Below the pieces are notes generated by a model. That model was not told the origin of the DNA, did no database searches, and saw only the letters and a program-made list of their open reading frames with translations. DNA of 64,000 nucleotides, from the IMG/VR virus record IMGVR_UViG_3300013102_000030, positions 64,001 to 128,000 of that record. One strand, written 5' to 3'. The DNA comes from a virus. Each line of letters opens with the position of its first letter. Position 1 is the stretch's first letter. The translations under genes were made by a program, and so were the position numbers. Below, piece after piece: positions 10,702 through 20,743 of this stretch.

Positions 10702-11513
10702 CAGAACCTGTAGAAGAAAAAGTAACGACGGTCACCCCTGTGGATCTCTCCAACATCACACTTGAACCCGCTGAATTCCGCAGCGACGTGAAGGCTGTGC
10801 TGGTGGACTCCATGGGCGGTGAACACTCCATCACCCGCAGGGCACGTGTCAGTGTTCAGGGTGAAGGAAGCCTTGAATGGGATGAAGATGAGCAGATCGT
10901 CATCCCGAAGACCATTCTGGACGGTTCCGACATCGGACTGATCAAGTGGCTCTACCGTAACCAGCACGGCACTCCATTTGAAGGTCCGGAGTTTGAATGG
11001 TACTTTGAGGTACCTGTGTTTGTCTCCCGTCAGATCGTCAAGCACCGCCTCTCGTCCATCAATGAGGAATCCGGCAGGTATCGCACCATGCGCGGCCAGT
11101 TCTACGTTGTTCCGGACACTGGCGAACGTCCTCTGGTACAGGTCGGCAAGACCGGTAACTACGAGTTCGAACTTGGCCGTCCTGACCAGCTTGACGCTAC
11201 CCGTTGGGTGCAGAAGAGCACGGCTGAGGCCGCGTGGGAGAACTATCAGAAGCTCTCTGAGTACGGTATCGCCAAGGAAGTTGCTCGTATGCACCTTCCG
11301 GTCTCCCTGTACTCGTCCATGTTCTTCAAGGCCAACCTCCGGAGCATGCTCAACTTCCTGTCCCTCCGTAAGGACTGGGGCGAGGATGCAGTGCATCCCT
11401 CCAAGGCTCAGTACGAGATCGCTCTTCTGACCGATCAGATCGCTGAGGTCATCAAGAAGAAGTTCCCCACTGTGTGGGAGTGCTTCGTTGAGAGCGGCTA
11501 TCAGGCCGTTTGA
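10698..11513 (+). CDS. thyX: Flavin-dependent thymidylate synthase
   Basis: HGTPFE, RQIVKHRLSSINEESGRY, EVARMHLP, AQYEI. Confidence 0.95.
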   Translation: MTEPVEEKVTTVTPVDLSNITLEPAEFRSDVKAVLVDSMGGEHSITRRARVSVQGEGSLEWDEDEQIVIPKTILDGSDIGLIKWLYRNQHGTPFEGPEFEWYFEVPVFVSRQIVKHRLSSINEESGRYRTMRGQFYVVPDTGERPLVQVGKTGNYEFELGRPDQLDATRWVQKSTAEAAWENYQKLSEYGIAKEVARMHLPVSLYSSMFFKANLRSMLNFLSLRKDWGEDAVHPSKAQYEIALLTDQIAEVIKKKFPTVWECFVESGYQAV

Positions 11514-11536
11514 CTCTGACAAACAGATAGGCTAGA

Positions 11537-12508
11537 ATGGGATACAACACAGAGCCTTTCTTGGGGAAGAATCCGGAGTCGGTGTCCATCACCAACTCCG
11601 AGATTCAGACCTTCAAGGATTGCAAACGTAAATGGTGGCTGGGGAACTATCGCGCCCTGAAGCCAAAGAAAAAGACCGTCATGGGTCCGCTGTCGCTCGG
11701 TTCTCGCATTCACAATGCGCTGGAGCAGTTCTACACCACAGGTGAGAATCCAGTAGATGCCTATGAACGGTACCAGCGAGCAGATAACGAACTGTTCCTC
11801 CAGTCAAGGGATTCATCGTTCGAAGAGAACGTGAAGAAGTTCAACTCCGAAGCAGAACTTGGGCGACTTATGCTTGAGGGCTACATGGAGTGGCTGGCGG
11901 AAGAAAATCCAGATGCTGATCTGGAAGTTATCGGTGCTGAGAAGAAGCTCTCAATCCGCCTTCACGGCTTTGACGAGCGTGTAGAACTGATGGGTAAGAC
12001 TGACCTCAAGGTGAAGAGGCGGTCCAGTGGGGCACATGCTCTGCTTGACCACAAGAGCGCTCAGTCGTTCAACTCCTACTATGAGACCTCTCATATGTCG
12101 GAACAGTTGATGCTCTATGTTCTGCTTGAAAAGTCAGACAAGGTGAACGGTGATCCTAACGTTGACGGCGGTATTTACAACCTCCTCAAGAAGGTGAAAC
12201 GTTCAGGATCTGCTAAGCCTCCATTCTACGAACGTATGGATGTCCGGTTCAATGACAAGACTCTTGAGTCTTTCTGGATTAGGACTTTGGGAACGGTTCG
12301 TGATATAATGGAACTAAGAGATCGGCTTGACGCTGGCGAGGACCACAGGTTCTACGCATATCCAAGCCCTACCAAAGATTGCACATGGAAATGCCCATTC
12401 TTCCAAGTGTGTCCAATGTTTGATGATGGATCATCCGCTGAAGCAATGCTTGAAGAGATGTTTGAGCAAGTCGATCCAAACGCGCGTTATGAAGAAGAAG
12501 AAAACTAA
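11537..12508 (+). CDS. Cas4-like / PD-(D/E)XK exonuclease
   Basis: N-terminal Cys, GKTD...DHK, QLMLY, and C-terminal CTWKCPFFQVC Fe-S ligands. Confidence 0.85.
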   Translation: MGYNTEPFLGKNPESVSITNSEIQTFKDCKRKWWLGNYRALKPKKKTVMGPLSLGSRIHNALEQFYTTGENPVDAYERYQRADNELFLQSRDSSFEENVKKFNSEAELGRLMLEGYMEWLAEENPDADLEVIGAEKKLSIRLHGFDERVELMGKTDLKVKRRSSGAHALLDHKSAQSFNSYYETSHMSEQLMLYVLLEKSDKVNGDPNVDGGIYNLLKKVKRSGSAKPPFYERMDVRFNDKTLESFWIRTLGTVRDIMELRDRLDAGEDHRFYAYPSPTKDCTWKCPFFQVCPMFDDGSSAEAMLEEMFEQVDPNARYEEEEN

Positions 12509-12523
12509 AGAGAGCGGTATTCA

Positions 12524-13345
12524 ATGGCCGAAAGAGCCGTAAGCGCCCTCCTGCACGGACTAGCTGGTGCAGGCAAAACAAGACTAGGAACTTCAGCCCC
12601 CAAACCTCTACTCTTCATTGACGTAGAGAAGGCTGCAAGGTTCATCAAGGGCCGAAAGATCCGATGGAACCCCCTCACTGAGGTAGTACCTGTAAACGAT
12701 GGTACATGGGATATCTGCGTTGTCAACGTGGATGAGTACAACAAAGCCGCTAAGGCTTACGAAGTACTGAAGAGCAAGAATCACCCGTTCCGATCTGTAC
12801 TTGTTGACTCCGTGTCTGAACTTCAGTCCAAGGCTGTTGAAGACATCAAGGGCCGTCAGCAGTTCCAGACTCAGGACTGGGGAAAGCTTCTCTCCCGTCT
12901 GTCATTCTTCTGTCGAGACATGCGTGACTTGACTGAGGATGAGGGTAACACTATTGAAGCTGTGATCATGACCGCCATGTCCAAGGACTACGACGGTATT
13001 ATCAAGCCCTACCTTCAGGGACAGATCGCGGCACAGGTTGCCTACTGGTTCGATATCACCGGATATCTTTACGTCCAGCAGCTTCCTGATCCTGCCACAG
13101 GAGAACTCAAAGACGTTCGAATGCTCCTCATTGGTAACCACCCGAACTACGAGGCCAAGTGCCGAGTACCGGATCTGCCACCAGTGATTGAGAATCCGGA
13201 CATCTCCCGACTTCTCGATGAGATCTTTGGACCTGACGGCACCAACTTGCAGCAGGCAGTCGAAGCTCCGGCCCAGACAGCTATCGCTGCGCCTCCTCCA
13301 CAAGAGGTACCAGTTCCAGCAGGAATGCCGGAACCACCGAGCTAG
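12524..13345 (+). CDS. Sak4-like AAA ATPase / recombinase
   Basis: GLAGAGKT, VDSVSE, QDWG; sits between the exonuclease and SSB. Confidence 0.8.
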   Translation: MAERAVSALLHGLAGAGKTRLGTSAPKPLLFIDVEKAARFIKGRKIRWNPLTEVVPVNDGTWDICVVNVDEYNKAAKAYEVLKSKNHPFRSVLVDSVSELQSKAVEDIKGRQQFQTQDWGKLLSRLSFFCRDMRDLTEDEGNTIEAVIMTAMSKDYDGIIKPYLQGQIAAQVAYWFDITGYLYVQQLPDPATGELKDVRMLLIGNHPNYEAKCRVPDLPPVIENPDISRLLDEIFGPDGTNLQQAVEAPAQTAIAAPPPQEVPVPAGMPEPPS

Positions 13346-13409
13346 ATCATCTATCTCAAACCATACAACTAAATATCACTAACCACAAGAATAATTGACG
13401 ATAGGAAAT

Positions 13410-14063
13410 ATGCAAATGCCCGCACAGAACTGGAAAGACCTGATGGACAAGGCCAACGAAGGCGCAAAGGAATTTGCGATCCTTGACGAAGGCATGTACA
13501 ACTTTGTCGTGAAGGACCCCGCCAAGGTTGGCACCACCAGCAAGAACAACCTCAAGCTCACCATCAACCCGTCCGTTGAATCCGGCCCCCGTGCGAACGC
13601 TCGCGTTTGGCACGACTTCTCGGTCAGCGACAGCGCGTACGCCATGAAGAACTTCTTCTTCGGTGACCTTGCCACGCTGGGTCTTGGCCCGAGCTTCTTT
13701 GAGACCAACCCGTCTCCCGAGCAGATCGCTTCCGCTCTTCAGGGCAAGCGCTTCGTCGCTCAGGTCGTCCACAAGGTAGGTACTGACGGCAAGACCCGTC
13801 CGAACCTTGAGAACATCTCTCCGGCTGTGGGTGCTGCACCTACCGCAGGCGTTCCCGGTGGCCTTCCTCAGGCCACAGGAGTTCCGGCAGGTCTTCCTGT
13901 AGCACAGGCCGCTCCTGCGGTCGCTCAGGCGGCTCCTGTAGCCGCTACGGCCAGCCCGTGGGAGACTGCACCGGCTCCGGCAGCACCGGCTGCTCCTGCT
14001 GCCCCTCAGGTAGCACAGAGCGCCACCATCCCGCTTCCTCCGGGCCTGCCGTTCGGTAACTAA
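13410..14063 (+). CDS. Single-stranded DNA-binding protein (DUF669-like)
   Basis: OB-like N-terminus, low-complexity Pro/Ala tail ending LPF; follows the Sak4-like gene. Confidence 0.65.
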   Translation: MQMPAQNWKDLMDKANEGAKEFAILDEGMYNFVVKDPAKVGTTSKNNLKLTINPSVESGPRANARVWHDFSVSDSAYAMKNFFFGDLATLGLGPSFFETNPSPEQIASALQGKRFVAQVVHKVGTDGKTRPNLENISPAVGAAPTAGVPGGLPQATGVPAGLPVAQAAPAVAQAAPVAATASPWETAPAPAAPAAPAAPQVAQSATIPLPPGLPFGN

Positions 14064-14075
14064 CCCTTACTGAAT

Positions 14076-14120
14076 AAGTGTGTCCCTGTGACTTCGGTTG
14101 CAGGGACACACTTTTCCTTT
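14076..14120 (+). terminator. Intrinsic terminator
   Basis: AAGTGTGTCCCTGTGAC-TTCG-GTTGCAGGGACACACTT followed by T tract. Confidence 0.8.
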
Positions 14121-14151
14121 ACCCTGAAAAACCACTAAGAAAAGGTCAACC

Positions 14152-14574
14152 TTGACGAACACTTCCCCAGAACTCAGTGCCATCGAAGGCATCCGATTTC
14201 TGACTGAACTTTGCGGTTCCGATGCCCAGAAGAAGGGCTGGCACGAGGACCGTCCAGAAGATCCCACACTTCTGAAGATCTGGCAGGGCAACAAGCTCAT
14301 GCTGATGGTCTCCGAGCTTGTAGAAGCTCACGATGAGATCCGCACCGGCCACGCGGCCAACGAAACGTACCACCCTGACGCTCCTGCTCCCGGAACTATC
14401 ACGACAGCGGAAGTCAAGCTGTACAAGCCTGAAGGTGTCCCCTCCGAACTGGCTGACACGGTCATCCGAATCCTTGACTTCTGCTACACTGAGAAGATCG
14501 ACCTTGGGCAGATCATCGAAGAGAAGCTGGCCTACAACCGCACCCGAGCCTACAAGCACGGTAAGCAGTTCTAA
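14152..14574 (+). CDS. MazG-like NTP pyrophosphohydrolase
   Basis: LMVSELVEAHDE...SELADTVIRILD...KLAYNRTRAYKHGK. Confidence 0.8.
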   Translation: MTNTSPELSAIEGIRFLTELCGSDAQKKGWHEDRPEDPTLLKIWQGNKLMLMVSELVEAHDEIRTGHAANETYHPDAPAPGTITTAEVKLYKPEGVPSELADTVIRILDFCYTEKIDLGQIIEEKLAYNRTRAYKHGKQF

Positions 14575-14575
14575 C

Positions 14576-15013
14576 ATGCTAACCTTTGCAGATGACCACG
14601 AGGGCCTGAAGGCGAGACTTGCCTCAATCGGCTATGATGAAGACTCTGAGCTTGTCAAAGCCATCCTAGCCGTCCATATCACCTTGAGCAGCTACAAGCT
14701 GTCTCCGGAAGACCAGTCGGTAGCGTTGGAACTGCTCAGCAAGTCAGGACGTGCAGCGTTGAAGTCTGCACCGAGTTTCGATGAAAACTCATGGCGCGAT
14801 TTCGACTACGGAAACGTCAAGATTGGTGACTTTGTGCGAGTCAAAAAAGACGCATACGACTCCCCCACAGGAGTCAGACACAACGGATTGGTGGGGGTTC
14901 TGAAGTTCATGTCGAACAACCAGTGCTCCGTTGAGTACATCGGACTTGCGTCCGGAAACACCATGAAGCATCCCATGGGAAGACTTGAGTCTTTGAAAAG
15001 GAGTGTACAATAG
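14576..15013 (+). CDS. Hypothetical protein
   Basis: ATG immediately after the MazG stop. Confidence 0.6.
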   Translation: MLTFADDHEGLKARLASIGYDEDSELVKAILAVHITLSSYKLSPEDQSVALELLSKSGRAALKSAPSFDENSWRDFDYGNVKIGDFVRVKKDAYDSPTGVRHNGLVGVLKFMSNNQCSVEYIGLASGNTMKHPMGRLESLKRSVQ

Positions 15014-15044
15014 AAGACCATCGATTTATGAGGAGTATCCCAGC

Positions 15045-15296
15045 ATGACCATTACCGTCTTTTCCAAGCCTGCCTGCACTCAGTGCAACGCCACCTACCG
15101 CGCCCTTGACAAGAAGGGTCTCGTGTACAATGTCATCGACATTTCACAGGATGAGGCAGGTCTTGAGCGACTGAAGGCTCTTGGCTTCCAGCAGGCACCT
15201 GTTGTTGAAGCCGGAGACGATAGCTGGTCTGGCTTCCGTCCGGACAAGATCGAAGAGCTAGCGCTCGCGGCTGCACCGGCTGAACAGGCCGCATAA
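15045..15296 (+). CDS. nrdH: NrdH-redoxin
   Basis: CTQC, QAPVV, WSGFRPD. Confidence 0.95.
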   Translation: MTITVFSKPACTQCNATYRALDKKGLVYNVIDISQDEAGLERLKALGFQQAPVVEAGDDSWSGFRPDKIEELALAAAPAEQAA

Positions 15297-15703
15297 TGCT
15301 GCTGGTGTATTTCAGTTCTGTAACTGAGAACACCAGCCGATTCATAGAAAAACTTGACGTACCTGCTCTGAGAATCCCCCTGAAGGTCTCTGATGCTGCT
15401 GAATTCAGTGTCGATGAAGACTACATTCTCGTGACCCCGACATACGGGTCCGGAAGGGTTCCGGGGCAGGTCGTCAAGTTTTTGAATGTCGAGCACAATC
15501 GTGTAAGATGTAAAGGTGTGATCGGTTCCGGTAACAGGAACTTCTATGAGGATTTTGCTAAGGCTGGAGACATCATCTCTGCCAAGCTACAGGTGCCTCT
15601 CCTCTATCGATTCGAACTAGCAGGCACCCCTGAAGACATAACCAAGACTAAAGAAGGACTGAACGCGCTCTATGGCGAAAGTAACCGAAGAAAGCCCAAT
15701 TGA
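15296..15703 (+). CDS. nrdI: NrdI flavodoxin
   Basis: [25 protein letters not shown]. Confidence 0.95.
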   Translation: MLLVYFSSVTENTSRFIEKLDVPALRIPLKVSDAAEFSVDEDYILVTPTYGSGRVPGQVVKFLNVEHNRVRCKGVIGSGNRNFYEDFAKAGDIISAKLQVPLLYRFELAGTPEDITKTKEGLNALYGESNRRKPN

Positions 15704-17813
15704 ACTGAATGCGGCCCTCAACCTGTGGGGTCCGGACGGAAAGGTCCAGTTCGATAAAGACAAGGAAGCTGCCAAGCAGTTCTTCCTTCAGGAAGTAAAC
15801 CCGACCACTCAGCACTTCTATACACTAGAGGAAAAGTTGACGTTCCTCTACGACAACGGTTACTACGAGCGCGAAGTCTTTGAGCAGTACGACTTCAACG
15901 ACCTCAAGAGCCTGTACCAGCTTGTCTACAGCTACAAGCCGCGCTTTGAATCCTACTTCTCCGCATTCAAGTACGACAAGCAGTATGGCATGAAGTCCTT
16001 CAACGGCAAGACCCGTCTGGAGCGCTTTGAGGATCGTGTTGTCGCCAACGCAGCACTGCTTGGTCAGGGTGATGTCACCCTTGCCCGTAAGATCGCTGTA
16101 GAGATCGTCACAGGCCGTCTCCAGCCTGCCACTCCCACGTTCGGCAACGCTGGCAAGAAGCAGCGTGGAGAGTTCGTCTCCTGCTTCCTGCTCCGTCTGG
16201 AAGACAACATGGAGTCCATCGGACGTGCCATTGTCTCCTCACTCCAGCTTTCCAAGCGCGGTGGCGGTGTAGCCCTGCTGCTGACCAACCTGCGCGAGAT
16301 GGGTTCTCCCATCAAGCAGATCGAGAACCAGTCCTCGGGCATCATCCCTGTGATGAAGCTTCTGGAAGACAGCTTCTCCTACGCAAACCAGCTTGGCGCA
16401 CGACAGGGAGCCGGTGCTGTCTACCTGAACGCACACCACCCTGACATTCAGCGGTTCCTTGACACCAAGCGTGAGAACGCTGACGAGAAGATCCGAATCA
16501 AGACCCTCTCCCTTGGTGTCGTGGTTCCGGACATCACGTACGAACTTGCCAAGAACAACGAAGAGATGTATCTCTTCTCACCTTACGACGTACAGAAGGT
16601 CTACGGCAAGCCTTTCGCTGACATTTCTGTCACCGAGAAGTACCGTGAGATGGTTGCTGATTCCCGAATCAAGAAGAGCAAGTTCGAAGGTGGCGCTCGC
16701 GGCTTCCTTCAGCAGACTGCGGAACTCCTGTTCGAATCCGGCTACCCGTACATCCTCTTTGAAGACAACGCAAACCGGGCACACGCGAACGGTGAGCTTG
16801 GACGCATCAACATGTCCAACCTCTGCACCGAGATCCTTCAGGCGAACGCCCCAGCAGAGTTCTACGAGGATCTGTCTTACAAGACATGGGGCCGCGACAT
16901 CTCGTGTAACCTTGCATCCCTGAACATTGCGAAGACAATGGAGGGTGGCAACCTTGCTGAGACCGTCTCTACGGCCATCCGTGCCCTCTCTGCCGTCTCC
17001 GATCTGTCATCCATCAACTCTGTCCCCTCTGTCCGTGAGGGCAACCGTTCAAGCCGCGCAATCGGCCTTGGACAGATGAACCTGCATGGATTCTTCATCA
17101 AGCACGGTTGGAAGTATGGTAGCCCGGAATCTCTGGACTTCACCAACGCCTACTTCATGACTGTTGCGTACCACGCGTACAAGGCATCCATGGAGCTTGC
17201 CAAGGAGACCGGAAGCCCGTTTGACGGATTCGAAAAGTCCAAGTACGCTGATTTCCGGTACCTCAAGACCAAGTATGCTCCCAGTGAAGGGATGTCTTAC
17301 CCGAACGCTGAGACTGAAAAGCTCTTCGCGGATTACGGCATCTCTACACCTACTTGGGCTGACTGGACTCAGCTTGCTCATGAGATCGCTGAGCACGGTC
17401 TCTACAACGCATACCTTCAGGCGATTCCTCCGACCGGATCTATCTCCTACGTCAACTACAGCACGTCCAGCATCCACCCGGTTGCTCAGGCTGTTGAGAC
17501 CCGCAAGGAAGGTTCCACTGGCCGCGTCTACTTCCCGCAGCCGTACGTCACCAACGACAATTACAATGAGATTGAAGACGCATACTCGGTTGGCCCGAAC
17601 AAGACCATCGATGTCTACGCGGAAGCAACGAAGCACGTTGATCAGGGCCTGTCTCTGACACTGTTCTTCCCGGACACCGCAACGACTCGTGACATCAACA
17701 AGGCACAGATGTACGCATGGAAGAAGGGCATCAAGACGCTCTACTACAGCCGCGTCCGCCAGTCCGACCTTGCCGGAACTGAGCTAGAGGGCTGCGTTTC
17801 CTGCGCTCTCTAA
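15672..17813 (+). CDS. nrdE: Class Ib ribonucleotide reductase alpha subunit
   Basis: PATPTF, VSCFL, SNLCTE, PTGSIS, KTLYY, C-terminal CVSC. Confidence 0.97.
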   Translation: MAKVTEESPIELNAALNLWGPDGKVQFDKDKEAAKQFFLQEVNPTTQHFYTLEEKLTFLYDNGYYEREVFEQYDFNDLKSLYQLVYSYKPRFESYFSAFKYDKQYGMKSFNGKTRLERFEDRVVANAALLGQGDVTLARKIAVEIVTGRLQPATPTFGNAGKKQRGEFVSCFLLRLEDNMESIGRAIVSSLQLSKRGGGVALLLTNLREMGSPIKQIENQSSGIIPVMKLLEDSFSYANQLGARQGAGAVYLNAHHPDIQRFLDTKRENADEKIRIKTLSLGVVVPDITYELAKNNEEMYLFSPYDVQKVYGKPFADISVTEKYREMVADSRIKKSKFEGGARGFLQQTAELLFESGYPYILFEDNANRAHANGELGRINMSNLCTEILQANAPAEFYEDLSYKTWGRDISCNLASLNIAKTMEGGNLAETVSTAIRALSAVSDLSSINSVPSVREGNRSSRAIGLGQMNLHGFFIKHGWKYGSPESLDFTNAYFMTVAYHAYKASMELAKETGSPFDGFEKSKYADFRYLKTKYAPSEGMSYPNAETEKLFADYGISTPTWADWTQLAHEIAEHGLYNAYLQAIPPTGSISYVNYSTSSIHPVAQAVETRKEGSTGRVYFPQPYVTNDNYNEIEDAYSVGPNKTIDVYAEATKHVDQGLSLTLFFPDTATTRDINKAQMYAWKKGIKTLYYSRVRQSDLAGTELEGCVSCAL

Positions 17814-17818
17814 TCTGA

Positions 17819-18841
<1,023 letters not shown>

Positions 18842-18909
18842 CTCTTGAATGCTAGGCATCCCGGAGATATACTTCCCACTGTAAGTGATATCACTGCAAG
18901 GGAGGAACT

Positions 18910-19272
18910 ATGTTTTGGGAAATACTGCTGATAGCTGTCGCCGCCTACGCTGTGGGAGGCATCCTCTGCATCACAACCCTTACAAGGGATGAGTATCGGA
19001 GGATGAGGCTGAAGAATCCGGATAAACCGGAGCCTCAGGTCCGCAGCGAAGCGGCAACTCAAGGATGGGGAAACTCCCTGTTTTGGCCGGTCTTTCTGAT
19101 GATGCACATCAGCGAGAGGGCCTTGGACAGAGATGCCAAGGTCGAAGAGATTGATCAACGCACCAAGCAGATCCTTGGTGAGCTTCGTGATCCTTTGGGA
19201 TGGGAGCACCAGTTTGATCAAGCAGCCCACGAAGCTGCCGTGAATAAATTCCTCTCCGGCGAAGGGAAATAA
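18910..19272 (+). CDS. Membrane protein
   Basis: N-terminal transmembrane segment; GGAGG RBS. Confidence 0.65.
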   Translation: MFWEILLIAVAAYAVGGILCITTLTRDEYRRMRLKNPDKPEPQVRSEAATQGWGNSLFWPVFLMMHISERALDRDAKVEEIDQRTKQILGELRDPLGWEHQFDQAAHEAAVNKFLSGEGK

Positions 19273-19275
19273 CGG

Positions 19276-19312
19276 AAAGTCCAACTACTTCGGTGGTTGG
19301 ACTTTTCGTTTC
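19276..19312 (+). terminator. Intrinsic terminator
   Basis: GAAAGTCCAACTAC / GTGGTTGGACTTTT hairpin. Confidence 0.7.
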
Positions 19313-19332
19313 TCTTCCTGTAGACTGAGGCT

Positions 19333-19755
19333 ATGAGAATCGGAATTGATATTGGAAACGTGATCATTGGAGGACAAGGTGTAGATACAACATTCTTTAC
19401 GGAAGACTACCTGAAGACTCCTGAGGTTGAGGGAGCGTGGCAGGCTCTGTCGCTTCTGCGTCACAAGCACGAGTTGCACGTAATCTCCAAGTGTGGCATA
19501 GTCGTAGAAGCTAAATCGCTGAAGTGGTTGGATGTCAACGGATTCTACTGGTCCCTGAAGGCCCACCGTATCCACTTCGTTCGTAAGCGCCATCTGAAAG
19601 CTCCGATGGCACAGGCTCTTGAGCTTGACATCTTCATCGATGACCGTCAGGACATCATTGACAGCATGCAGGGAATAGTTGAGCATCCGATCTTGTTCAT
19701 CTCATGGGACCAAACCATGGCTGAACTGGAGAAGATCTTTGCTACACAAGGGTGA
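19333..19755 (+). CDS. HAD-family (deoxy)nucleotidase-like protein
   Basis: IGIDIGNVI ... FIDDR HAD-like motifs. Confidence 0.6.
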   Translation: MRIGIDIGNVIIGGQGVDTTFFTEDYLKTPEVEGAWQALSLLRHKHELHVISKCGIVVEAKSLKWLDVNGFYWSLKAHRIHFVRKRHLKAPMAQALELDIFIDDRQDIIDSMQGIVEHPILFISWDQTMAELEKIFATQG

Positions 19756-19906
19756 CATCGTAAAGGTAGTCTGTGAAGACTACGAAAAGCTGGGGTTGAT
19801 TTCTGAAGACCCTGATGGTAGAATGGTTCGTGTCGGAAAGAACTGGTTCGACCTTGAGAACTGCGAAGTAACTGTTCTTCACAGTGAGGTTGACACGGAA
19901 AACTGA
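19739..19906 (+). CDS. Small hypothetical protein
   Basis: GGAG RBS with a TTG start; fills the gap. Confidence 0.45.
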   Translation: MLHKGDIVKVVCEDYEKLGLISEDPDGRMVRVGKNWFDLENCEVTVLHSEVDTEN

Positions 19907-19919
19907 CATGTGGTACAAT
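19890..19919 (+). promoter_or_regulatory. SigA-type promoter for the Y-RNA/tRNA cluster
   Basis: TTGACA-18-TACAAT with extended TG. Predicted +1 coincides with the 5' end of Y1. Confidence 0.75.
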
Positions 19920-19925
19920 GGATAT

Positions 19926-19992
19926 ACACGAAGCGCTTGGGAAGAGTTACTTCTTTGGGTGAAATCACACTCTTGCCGTCTTTTTCTCGTGT
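19926..19992 (+). ncRNA. Y-RNA-like element Y1 (minimal)
   Basis: ACACGA/TCGTGT stem, GAAGCG, AAGAGT/ACTCTT stem, TACTTC, 3' TTCTC. Confidence 0.7.
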
Positions 19993-19997
19993 CTCCT

Positions 19998-20070
19998 AGG
20001 TTCGTAGCTCAATTGGTAGAGCGTCGGTCTCCAAAACCGAAGGTTGCAGGTTCAAGTCCTGTCGGGCCTG
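19998..20070 (+). tRNA. tRNA-Trp(CCA)
   Basis: Cloverleaf; anticodon arm TCGGT-CTCCAAA-ACCGA. Confidence 0.95.
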
Positions 20071-20074
20071 CAAG

Positions 20075-20102
20075 TTGACAAACTATAAATGTATGGTACA
20101 AT
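20075..20102 (+). promoter_or_regulatory. SigA-type promoter
   Basis: TTGACA...TGGTACAAT. Confidence 0.65.
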
Positions 20103-20154
20103 TGTACTGTAAAGACATGAAGACTCGCCGTCTAACGGACTCTTCATGTTGTAG

Positions 20155-20404
<250 letters not shown>

Positions 20405-20411
20405 TCAAGTT

Positions 20412-20530
20412 TGAAAGAAGCGACGAAAACTGATACTTCGGAAACTATCAACTATTTATTGATTAGCGGTTCAATCCCGCAAACAGACCTTCCCGGTCTG
20501 ATAACCTCAGTTTTCACCTATTCTCTTTCA
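20412..20530 (+). ncRNA. Y-RNA-like element Y3 (T-arm cargo)
   Basis: TGAAAGA/TCTTTCA, GAAGCG, GAAAACTGA/TCAGTTTTC, TACTTC, T-arm GCGG-TTCAATC-CCGC. Confidence 0.75.
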
Positions 20531-20534
20531 TTAT

Positions 20535-20607
20535 GCAGAAGTAGCTCAATTGGTAGAGCGCCTTCCTTCCAAGTAGGATGTTGCGGGTTCGAGTCCCGTC
20601 TTCTGCT
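20535..20607 (+). tRNA. tRNA-Gly(TCC)
   Basis: Anticodon loop CTTCCAA; full cloverleaf. Confidence 0.92.
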
Positions 20608-20612
20608 CTAGT

Positions 20613-20684
20613 TACAGATGTGATGTTGTCGAGTTACTTCCAACTCTTATTCGAAACAACACTTGACACGCTCTGTTCTCTGTA
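20613..20684 (+). ncRNA. Y-RNA-like element Y4 (minimal; overlaps the Ro60 promoter)
   Basis: TACAGA/TCTGTA, GATGTG, TGTCGAGT/ACTTGACA, TACTTC, TTCTC. Confidence 0.65.
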
Positions 20685-20691
20685 CTAAGCT
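20663..20691 (+). promoter_or_regulatory. Putative promoter of the Ro60 gene
   Basis: TTGACA-17-TAAGCT upstream of a GAAAGG RBS. Confidence 0.55.
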
Positions 20692-20743
20692 TTACACTGT
20701 TATCAGGTTCTCCTGAATTGAAAATGACGAAAGGTATATAATC

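Noticed and set aside
11537-12508. Cas4-like gene as part of CRISPR-Cas
   Set aside because: It is a stand-alone phage recombination exonuclease next to Sak4 and SSB.
13840-14050. Pro/Ala-rich repeats in SSB, endolysin, NlpC/P60 and lipoprotein as DNA repeats
   Set aside because: They are ordinary low-complexity protein linkers.
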